A stretch of 63,999 bases of DNA, the filler included, from Gonapodya sp. JEL0774 (Eukaryota): assembly GCA_027604505.1 (NCBI GenBank). It is 5 parts of 5 records of this genome, joined end to end, with 100 filler letters (N's around TTAATTAATTAA, not from the genome) between each part and the next. Parts side by side here need not be neighbours in the genome. Positions count along the whole stretch, not along the records: positions 13,782 to 27,456 come from JADIIX010000321.1; 4 more parts are not named here. One strand, written 5' to 3'. The notes beneath the pieces are model-generated. The model was not told the origin of the DNA. It searched no databases and saw nothing but the letters and a program-made list of their open reading frames with translations. Shown here piece by piece: positions 13,782 to 22,385 of the stretch. A program made the translations under genes and the position numbers. Each line of letters starts with the position of its first letter. Positions within the stretch are counted from its first letter, which is position 1.

Positions 13782-14405
13782 TGCTACGCAAACGGGGAGG
13801 GCGTGGCAAAGGACTTTGACGAGGCAGTGAAATGGTGGAGGAAGGCCGCGGACCAGGGTCACGCTCTGGCGCAGTACAACGTCGGCTACTGTCTCCGCTA
13901 CAAAAACATGGAGGCCGGTCTCCGCTACAAAACCATGGAGGCCGTGGCGAAAGACTTTGGAGAGGCAGTGAAATGGTTCAGGAAGGCCGCGGACCAGGGT
14001 GACAAGGAGGCGCAGTTCAGCCTCGGCCACTGCTACGCAAACGGGCAGGGCGTGGCGAAGGACTTTGGAGAGGCAGTGAAATGGTTCAGGAAGGCCGCGG
14101 ACCAGGGTGACAAGCAGGCGCAGTTCAGCCTCGGCCACTGCTACGCAAACGGGCAGGGCGTGGCGAAGGACTTTGGAGAGGCAGTGAAATGGTTCAGGAA
14201 GGCCGCGGACCAGGGTCACGCTCAGGCGCAGTTCAACCTCGGCTACTGCTACGACAACGGGCAGGGCGTGGCAAAGGACTTTGGAGAGGCGGTGAAGTGG
14301 TGGAGGAAGGCCGCGGACCAGGGTCACGCTCAGGCGGTTCGAGCATTGCAGGCTTTCAATAAGAGTGCGAGTGGACCACAGAAGAAGGTTTTTGGATTAT
14401 TTTAG
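13782..14405 (+). CDS. Sel1-like repeat protein, 5'-partial
   Basis: Tandem 36-aa units AQFSLGHCYANGQGVAKDFGEAVKWFRKAADQG, encoded by near-identical 108-bp DNA repeats. Confidence 0.95.
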   Translation, partial: CYANGEGVAKDFDEAVKWWRKAADQGHALAQYNVGYCLRYKNMEAGLRYKTMEAVAKDFGEAVKWFRKAADQGDKEAQFSLGHCYANGQGVAKDFGEAVKWFRKAADQGDKQAQFSLGHCYANGQGVAKDFGEAVKWFRKAADQGHAQAQFNLGYCYDNGQGVAKDFGEAVKWWRKAADQGHAQAVRALQAFNKSASGPQKKVFGLF

Positions 14406-15538
14406 GACATTACTTCAGTCAGAAAATGGTATTGTCAGTTCCGTCAAGGCATAGTGCATGTGTTTTCTCAAGTGCACAGGGAATGGCCATGTTATCACTT
14501 CTTCCAGCCCCTCTTATTGCCTTCTTTCAAATCCATTCTGTATTTTCTCTGTTTCTTCCCCCCACCCCCTTTCCCCCGTGGGGTGTTTCAAGAGGATGAG
14601 TGTAGGACAGGGCTGGAAGGTTCTAGAACACTCTTGACTTCGGCAGATTTTTTTGTATTCCTGGTCAATTGTTGAATGCCAATTTGAATAAATGTCTTGC
14701 CATAAAACTGCAACTCATCAAATTGATTTCAAATCAATCTCAGCCGTGAGCTGGTCTTGATGGAGGACCAACCATGCCGTCTCGCCTTGCAGACCAGCCT
14801 CGCTTCTTGACCGAAGACCGTCACACCACACCAAACTCCAACACCCCACAGGATGGCAGCACGCAAGCACACAGACATGATTGCTGCGGTGGAGGCCGAC
14901 AGTCTCACTCTTGTCGGAAAGGCGTTCGCGGAGGGCCAGGAAGAGGGTCACACTCCCGGTCTGAATCAAGTCTGAAACCAAAAAAGAAACCATCCTCGCC
15001 GAGTCTGCCATCACAATCGCTGTCATCAAAGCGTCGACCGATTCTAGACATCATTGTAGACACGCCTTCAAACAAGTGCACAGGCCACTTAGTGCTTGTT
15101 TGTACGGCATTGCTGTCACTATTGAGCTAGGTGACGAATGGAACTCGGTACTGGAGGGATATCCGATACACATTTTAGAACCTTCAAGGCTCCTCAAACG
15201 GGACCGGTAGAGCTTTGGAACTTTCAAAGCCGTTATGTAAGGGCAATATATATTGCGCCTCGCTAGCTTTAGAGACCATTACGTTGACTCCGTTTTTGCC
15301 GTTTTCGAACTCTCAAAACGGCAGATTTTAGAACCTTCATGGCTCAAGAAAACAATCCTGTGCAGCATGTGACTCCAATTCGGATTGATGTAGAATCAGA
15401 TCGAAAAAACTGATCCCAGAAGTACTTGTGGGTGTTGGATGACCACAGCAGACGTATCTCTTTTTAGCCAGCGTTGATCACCCATCACAGGCTATTTAGG
15501 AGTGTGCACTGGCGGTTCATGAAACTCATCCGTCGTGG

Positions 15539-16246
15539 ATGTATATTTTCTCCATGATTTTACTTTTTTATATTCGAAGAGATGGAGCAATGAATTCGAT
15601 GATGACCTCCGATGCTCTCCCTCCTTATACGGTGGTAGCTTCTGAACCGTCACTCTCGGATTTCACAGTCGCACGACTCTCCGAACACGAAAAGGTTCTG
15701 TACGGCAAGCTGAACAGTATTCGTGAGGAGTCCGAGCCGAGTGGCAGGGAGTATCCGGCGGACTTGGTAGCAATCTTCCCACTGGGTGGATATTGGTCTA
15801 AGGAGCACGCTAAAAAAGCCCTGATAGAGCGCTCGGGCCTGGTAGAAAACATAGATTTCAAGATATACAATCCAACCTCTGAGAATGTCGAGGAAGATAT
15901 GTTTACCACAAGTGAGCGGATTCTTCTAACGTGGCACGCCGCTCAAATCTTTGTGATGCAGGGTCCCACCAAGGTTGGTGAAGAAGTCCGCCGTTTCTTT
16001 GTTCACATACTCCAACTTCACCAAGACTACATCATGTTGCAGGCGGAACGTCGCACTGCCAGCGCGGTTGCCGACGTCCGTCACGAGGAGATCCTTGCCG
16101 CCCATGGTGACGAGCAGGGTGCTTATTTGGGAACCATTGGGTGGCAGAGTGTTGAGAGTCATGACAAGCTCTTCAAGTTTGGGTTCGCAAGCAAATTGAA
16201 GGAGGGAGTCCATCGCCAGTGGAGGGAAGTGTTGCGATGCTTATAA
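15539..16246 (+). pseudogene. Giant-virus-like MSV199/antirepressor-type DNA-binding domain plus truncated T5orf172/GIY-YIG-like domain
   Basis: Intronless. YPADL...GYWSKEHAKKAL...ENIDFKI...ILLT...TKVGEEVRRFF is followed by AYLGTI...LFKFGFASKL and then an early stop. Confidence 0.55.
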
Positions 16247-16635
16247 CAAGGCCAACCGGAAGAAAATACCTTCGGTGTGTAACTTGAAGTTCAAATAAGA
16301 GCCTTGCAAAGCGTTGTGTGTCCGTTGCTCACGCGCAAAGTCAAAGGTGTTGTGGAAATGTCAGCTCCGAGCACCTCTGCGCCACTCTTGAACTCTTTAC
16401 GCATTTTTTCGACGTCGTCGTCCCTGACATCCCGTGGAGCATCGTGGCGGACGACACAGTGACCACCCTCGAGGAAACCGGCTGACGAAGACCGCAGCCG
16501 CTCGTTGAACGCGGCGGGGGAGGGTGCAGAAACCTGGACTTTTTTTTCGCCGACGATGACTCTGCCTTCGCGACAGGTTCGTAGGATGGCGGTTTCGAGC
16601 TCTGCGGTTGACGGATCTCATTGATTCTCTGATTC

Positions 16636-16788
16636 GAGCTAGTCTGTTACGATATCCGGTAGAGGTCTTATGGACATTTTGGACATGACCTTTTTATTTG
16701 GCTCTAAGCTTTGAATCGCTAAGCCCGCAGCTACCACTGCGAGGCCCCTCGAAAAAATGACCAAGGGACCATAATTTATGTTTTTGGT
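16636..16788 (-). ncRNA. Predicted omegaRNA: scaffold about 16788-16656 plus flank-derived guide about 16655-16636
   Basis: Four consecutive hairpins at 16770-16743, 16742-16725, 16725-16700 and 16691-16663. Loop GGUAG (16735-16731) is complementary to CUACC (16662-16658) just before the terminal GG, which allows a pseudoknot. Confidence 0.7.
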
Positions 16789-18618
16789 TCAGTCGTCTTC
16801 TTGGAGTTCAACTTCGTCTTCTCCAGTTGAGACTCCTTGCTTCTTCAAATCTTTGACAACATCACCGAAAAACTTTTTGAGCACCAACCATGAACTCTTG
16901 TCAATTGATCCAGTCCATGTTCTGTATGAACGCAGAAAGATATTTCTTGAAGCGTTATTGTCTCGGTCAGCGATGTAACCACAGGTGCACTTGAAAGTCT
17001 TTCTACTTCCAAGAGTTTTGTGGAGGCGGCCACATTCTCCGCATGTTTTGGACGTGTAGTGTTCTGTCGGGTGAAGAACCCCAACACCTCGTTGTTCTGC
17101 TTTCTGTTTCAACTTTTGTCGGAACTCAAAATGGGCAAGGGTGTACAATTGCCTTACAGTCTTCTTCCTCAAACATCGATGTCCGCAAGATGAAATCTCT
17201 TTCACTTTCAATTCAGGCAGGAGTATGATTCTAGCGTGTTTGGTCAAGAAATTGGCCGTTTTGTTGTGAAGGTCTTCTTTCCAGCGCTGCATTTTCTTGC
17301 GAATATTGGCAATTCTCCTCCTTAATCTACGAAAAGACTGTCTATCTCGATCTCTCTGAGCCTGCCGCCGTTGCGCAATCAGCTTGTCCATGTACAAGGC
17401 CTTTCGAAACATTTTTGTCGACGCATCAGTTCCAATCTGATATGCTTCCTGTTTTCCAGCAAAATATGCGGTTTGGAATGTCCTTATTCCGGGATCCAAA
17501 CTGACAACGTCGTCGTCCATTCCTCGATCGCAATGAGGGTCAATTGGTGCAACGAATGGGGCAATCAGGAAATAATCGAACCCATCAAAATGAACCTTGA
17601 AATCATGATCCATCTTTTCAGGAAGAACGTCAGAAGCCTTCGTGAAGAGTGCCTGTCTCTTGTGAACAGAAGGGTATACTGTAAACGATCTGCTATCACA
17701 GAAATGAAAGTCACGTTTCTCGAAATTGAGAGTGAATGAATGCTTGCTCTGCGAATCAATGGGCTTCATTGTGAAATGCGTGATGTTACGTTGTTGCAAG
17801 TTGGTCATGGCCGATTTGAAATTTTTAGCAGCCTCAAGAACAGCCCCTGATCGAACAGTCTTGGGTGTTTCACACACCCAGCGATGCGCCTGACATACCT
17901 CATGTGGTATTATTTTTGCTTTGAGGGCATACTTGTGTGTAATTTTGTCTTCGTTTATGAGTTTTATCGCCTGGTTGTAACTGAATGTTGCCGCCACATT
18001 CCATTTCTTGAGGAGTGCTCTCATTTGGCTGTTCGGATGTATCTTCATTTTTGTTGCTCTTGTTATTTTTGTACCTCCTTTGAATGTTCCAACGAGAACC
18101 AGAAGCTTGGATGACAGAGAGGATATCTTCGACGAACTGTTGTTGCGCAGGCTTGTTTTCACTGTCGAGAACCACGACTCTTGCACCAAACTGTGCGAAG
18201 ATCCATTCAATGATGTCAAAACCGAATCTTGACAATCTGTCGCGCGAAGCGACCACCACTTCCTGTAATCCTCCTCTCTTCGCGAGTTCCAGAAGGGATA
18301 GTAGTCCAGGTCTTTTGAAGTTGAGTCCTGATCCAATGTCGGCGACAATTCTGTGTCTGGGGAACTTGTCAACCATGAAATCTTGTTGTCGCTGTAGATC
18401 ATCTCTCTGTTTTTGTGTAGATACTCGCACATACGCGACACTTTCCCGATAAGTTCTGGTGACCACAGATTGATTGAGTTTTTGGTGAGATGGGTCAACA
18501 AGGATGCGTCGATCACCTGTTGGCGTTCGGAAGGAGTAAACTTTTGAGGAATCACACCACCGGCGGATAGTTCGAGGAGACACTCCAACATGATGGGCTG
18601 CATCTGATGTGGAGACAT
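16789..18618 (-). CDS. tnpB: Fanzor2 (eukaryotic IS607 TnpB-family) RNA-guided RuvC endonuclease
   Basis: RuvC-I VVSLDPGIRTF. Rearranged RuvC-II, with P at the canonical E position in ILLPELKV and an alternative E in TEHYTSK. Zn finger CGEC..CTC. RuvC-III DRDNNASRNI. Intronless and uninterrupted. The start is 18618 (609 aa) or 18726. Confidence 0.93.
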   Translation of the reverse strand: MSPHQMQPIMLECLLELSAGGVIPQKFTPSERQQVIDASLLTHLTKNSINLWSPELIGKVSRMCEYLHKNREMIYSDNKISWLTSSPDTELSPTLDQDSTSKDLDYYPFWNSRREEDYRKWWSLRATDCQDSVLTSLNGSSHSLVQESWFSTVKTSLRNNSSSKISSLSSKLLVLVGTFKGGTKITRATKMKIHPNSQMRALLKKWNVAATFSYNQAIKLINEDKITHKYALKAKIIPHEVCQAHRWVCETPKTVRSGAVLEAAKNFKSAMTNLQQRNITHFTMKPIDSQSKHSFTLNFEKRDFHFCDSRSFTVYPSVHKRQALFTKASDVLPEKMDHDFKVHFDGFDYFLIAPFVAPIDPHCDRGMDDDVVSLDPGIRTFQTAYFAGKQEAYQIGTDASTKMFRKALYMDKLIAQRRQAQRDRDRQSFRRLRRRIANIRKKMQRWKEDLHNKTANFLTKHARIILLPELKVKEISSCGHRCLRKKTVRQLYTLAHFEFRQKLKQKAEQRGVGVLHPTEHYTSKTCGECGRLHKTLGSRKTFKCTCGYIADRDNNASRNIFLRSYRTWTGSIDKSSWLVLKKFFGDVVKDLKKQGVSTGEDEVELQEDD

Positions 18619-18622
18619 GCAT
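17900..18622 (-). CDS. tnpA: IS607-family TnpA serine transposase (MerR-like HTH plus resolvase domain)
   Basis: HTH AAHHVGVSPRTIRRW...RTPTGDRR, catalytic AYVRVST, DIGSGLNFKRPGL and RDRLSRFGF. Confidence 0.95.
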   Translation of the reverse strand: MHVSTSDAAHHVGVSPRTIRRWCDSSKVYSFRTPTGDRRILVDPSHQKLNQSVVTRTYRESVAYVRVSTQKQRDDLQRQQDFMVDKFPRHRIVADIGSGLNFKRPGLLSLLELAKRGGLQEVVVASRDRLSRFGFDIIEWIFAQFGARVVVLDSENKPAQQQFVEDILSVIQASGSRWNIQRRYKNNKSNKNEDTSEQPNESTPQEMECGGNIQLQPGDKTHKRRQNYTQVCPQSKNNTT

Positions 18623-18767
18623 CTGATACTTTTCTTACATCTACGCTCACAAAAAAAATTTATGTCAAATTTTTGAAGACGTGGACGTGGACTTGGACGT
18701 CGACGTCGACGTACAGTTTTGACCATTTTGACAATAAATGTCCGTGGATTTGAGAAGCAGCTGAACC

Positions 18768-20269
18768 CCCCACTCTCAAATCTCACCAGTCTGTCTTTTT
18801 TGGAACTCTGTAACAACCAGCTCACTGGAGAGATCCCCTCTCTCTCGTCTCTTACCAAGCTTCAACAAATCCACCTCTATAGCAACAACCTATCCGGGAA
18901 TGTGGACAGAGTGTTCATACCCGCGTCCGTATATTATTGCTACCTGTACCCCAATCCCGGCTTGTACAGTTGCACCGGTAACGCTTCGGTTTGCACAAGC
19001 TCCGTTCGCGTCGATGCTGCACCCTGCGCAATCGTTTCACCTTCCTCAGCAACTTCCACAACGTCGTCGAACGGCCCCAACGTCGGCGCCATAGCCGGAG
19101 GGACCGCTGCCGCTGTGGCAGCTGCGGTCATGGTCGTGATTCTTGCATGGCGAGCCCGAAGCACGCGCTACCGAAGCGCACCACAAAAGGACGCGATGCC
19201 GCCGGCGGATAAGGAGGTCATAGGGCCAAATATCAGTGCAAGTGAAGATGGTGCAGCTGAGTCAGAGTTACCGGCACCTATAGTGAGTCATACATAGGAC
19301 ACATGGCTGTAAGCCGCACCTTCAATTCCTCAATCATTTTTCGTTTGTTTTTCTTGGAGACTGCATTTCCTGCTGAGCCGCACACGCCCGATCGCCCTTC
19401 ACCGCTACCCACCTCGGCCAATGACATACCGTCTGATACTGTATTCCTCGCTGACTCAATCGAGGCGTCCACCGCATCATCACCTGCTTCATTACCACTC
19501 TCTTCTGAGTCGAATTCAATTGCAGCACTATTGTACCCATCTGCCAGTTTAGCGGATCTTCCTCAAACCCCCAAGGTGGAGACCGTGGCAATTGTGGGAG
19601 GCACACCACAGGTCGAGGCGCCAGTGCCAACTGCAATACCAGTATTGTCCATTCCCGCAATCCAGAGTAATGTGAGAGTGAGATATCGGGGGTGGAGCAC
19701 AGGCACCGGTGATCTGCATTTTCACCTCGCAAATAGTCTCAGGGACCACATGGGGCCTTTGTTGCCTTGGTCGGCCCAATTTTCGGCGCATCGCCCAGAA
19801 TCGAACTGCCTCCAGACACACCGCCATTCCAGGTAGACTACGAGGTGAGGCAACCCACATGTTATTGATTGCGTTTGACTTTTCCTGATGAACCTTGTTG
19901 GACAGTACAATGCGGTGTCCCCCGACGAGGTGTCGATCCGCAGGGGACAATTTGTCAAGCTCAAGGTCGTGTTCAGGGACGGTTGGGCCATGGGACTCAA
20001 CATTGCCACGGAGCAGTATGGACTTTTGCCTCTGTAGGTACTCCCGTTTGACGCAGCTCCTGCAGTTTCTCTCATGCGCTCCCTGTGCCAACTTAAGGGA
20101 ATGCCTTCGTATGACCCCTTATCAACCTGCATTCACGATACCAAGTGTGAGACTGGAGTCGGTCGGGGCATGGGGCAGCCACGGAATGCCATTATTGCAC
20201 CCCTCTGCTCCACCTCCATCGTCAACAGATGTCGGTACGCCAACGACCGTAGCGTACGGCGCTGCGTAG
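18768..20269 (+). pseudogene. LRR-transmembrane-SH3 receptor-like gene, 5' end cut off at the element junction
   Basis: LRRs LSNLTSLSFLELCNNQLTGEIPSLSSLTKLQQIHLYSNNLSG, TM GAIAGGTAAAVAAAVMVVILAW, and a spliced SH3 YNAVSPDEVSIRRGQFVKLKVVFRDGWAMGLNIATEQYGLLPL. Confidence 0.75.
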
Positions 20270-20464
20270 TCAATTGTAACGTTTTGTCAGGAAGGCGACT
20301 ATCAACAATGTCTTGGAAGTGATTGGCGGTGAAGTTTTCGTCAATCGCGTCGGATGTGAACTGTTAGTTAAAAGTACAACTTGTAAAAATTTTGAAGTTT
20401 CTATAAAGTATTCTGGAAGTTCCAGGCCTTCACATATCGGTTCTGTCCAACCTCATGGCAAAGG

Positions 20465-21415
20465 CTAAAAATGTTTATGGATGCGCAACATATTGTACAG
20501 TGAGAGAAAGTCTTTCTCGTACTCCTTTTTGTACTGCTGCAAGTTGCGCATTGTTCCATGGAAGCGTCTCGGGAATGGTTCATCATGCCAGTACTCCAAC
20601 GGCGCCACTGCCAACAGATTGAGCAACCTTGTAGTAGGATGAGTGAACAGTTGGTAACGAGGTTCTCCGTAGTCCAGTCCGGCAAACGAGCTTGGTACGT
20701 GGTAGAGAAGCAGTGGTACATCGACTGGTCGCGTAAAATTGAACACCATTGCCGCAATCTTCATCACCACGCCGTAGCCCAATGTGGATTCCAACGTCCG
20801 CCATACAAGCTCCTCAACATCCGCCGCTTCCCACACAGGGCTCTCGCCAGCAGCTGGCGTCTTCCAGTATATGTACACATCGGTGGAAAATGGAAAATAT
20901 ATGTGAGGCCAGTCATTTTCGGCCGCTCCAGGATGTCCTTCCTTGTGAATAGTTGCGTCATCCGGTCGGTTATGTGGGGTTCCGAGAGGTTGACCTGGTG
21001 CTGAAGTACTCGTGCGATGCATTTCCCGAGGACGTAGGAACGTTTTCCTCGGGATCCTCCTCCTTGTCGGTGCGCTGTCCCATAGGTTCCGTAGTTCTCG
21101 CCCATCAGTAAGAGTCAAGACGTGACCAGACTTCATCACGTTGAATCCATGCTGGTCGTCGGGCAGATGATGAACTACACCTGCAGTATCGACTGGAATG
21201 ATGGTCACGTCGATGGGAACACGGCCTCTGATCAAGAACGTGGCGTCGGTGAGTCTCGCAAAGCGGCGACATGTTCTTCGGAGTTCCTTGTTCCACCAGA
21301 CACGCTGATAATAGTCGAGATTCGGCATATTTCGCAGAAGAATGGCTAATACCTGCAACCACACGTCGTCCGGCAGTTCAGGGATGACAGAGTTTGGACA
21401 AGATTGTTCGCGCAC
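20465..21415 (-). CDS. F-box-like protein, apparently intronless
   Basis: N-terminal IPELPDDVWLQVLAIL...ELRRTCRRFARL in a 316-aa ORF. Confidence 0.55.
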   Translation of the reverse strand: MREQSCPNSVIPELPDDVWLQVLAILLRNMPNLDYYQRVWWNKELRRTCRRFARLTDATFLIRGRVPIDVTIIPVDTAGVVHHLPDDQHGFNVMKSGHVLTLTDGRELRNLWDSAPTRRRIPRKTFLRPREMHRTSTSAPGQPLGTPHNRPDDATIHKEGHPGAAENDWPHIYFPFSTDVYIYWKTPAAGESPVWEAADVEELVWRTLESTLGYGVVMKIAAMVFNFTRPVDVPLLLYHVPSSFAGLDYGEPRYQLFTHPTTRLLNLLAVAPLEYWHDEPFPRRFHGTMRNLQQYKKEYEKDFLSLYNMLRIHKHF

Positions 21416-22385
21416 CAGGCCACACGCTGTGGTATGTGGTGGTAATGGACGGAGGACGGGAGTAGAATGTCGTTTCCTGGGGCTGTGTCCAGAGACGGAG
21501 GTGGATAGAGGTTTCTACAAGCAACCGATTGCGGTCGTTTCAGTTACACGTAGAAAGAGATATTAAGTACGCTCTTCTCACCTTGCAACGCCGATACGGT
21601 TGAGTCCGCGTTCGCTTTTGTTCGATCTCGATGGACGGCGGACGAGAACGTTTTTTCGACTCCGGAACGGTGGTGTGCGACTGGGTCCGCATTCGCATGC
21701 GTTTTAGTTCGATGGTATGGTGGTTATCAGAAGGTGAAAGAGATTGGTTCTTCGCATTCGTGACCTCATGTGTGTTTGGCTGAATGACCGATGTCGTGTC
21801 CAAATGGCTAAGAGAGGGATGGTGACGAGAAACTGTACTCACCTTGCTTCGGCGGTCCGGCCGAGTTCGTCGACTGTGTTCAACTGCGCAGGAACCGGGC
21901 AACTGAGAGTGGGGTGCATTTGGCACGTTGTGAACGGAGACGGAAGAAGCAGGAGCGTCGACATGGACTGGGACTGATATTGACGCAGTGGGTTTTGTGG
22001 GAGATCGACCAGGTCTCTCCCTTTGGTGGGTGGGACGAGAGTATGGTTTCTCTCGAGTGCCGGGTGTGTTGTTCCGCTTTGGGAGTTTGGAACAGACAGT
22101 TGAAACGGCGGTGATGGCTCGTGTGATGATGTCCTTCCCAGCGTCGAGTGCTTTGCGGGCGCCAGCGTAGTTGATTCGAGCCATGTGTGTAGGTGTGTCT
22201 GTGTGGAGGATGCCGAAATGTTGTTCTTGGAGGGATTGCGCAAGTGAGGCTGTGTGAGGCTCCCGCGGATTAACCGCTAAAATTCCGCGGTCGAACACAG
22301 AGTAATCCTGCTCCAGCGGGTAATACAATGTCAGAGGGCAGAGGAGCAAACGCCGAGTGGGTGATCGAGATCCTGTGTTCTGTTC

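Larger units (their letters stand above)
16656..18767 (-). mobile_element. IS607-family transposon carrying TnpA and Fanzor2/TnpB (about 2112 bp)
   Basis: Serine recombinase and RuvC nuclease genes. GG core at both ends (minus strand 18767-18766 and 16657-16656). GTC(C)AAAA repeats phased at 9 nt at both ends, with no long TIR. The left end abuts a truncated LRR gene. Confidence 0.85.

Noticed and set aside
13782..14330. Regular repeats as a CRISPR array
   Set aside because: These are contiguous in-frame 108-bp Sel1 coding repeats without unique spacers.
18768..18858. Start of the 689-aa ORF as given in the ORF track
   Set aside because: It lies outside the inferred element end, antisense to LRR exon sequence. 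The real start is more likely 18618 or 18726.
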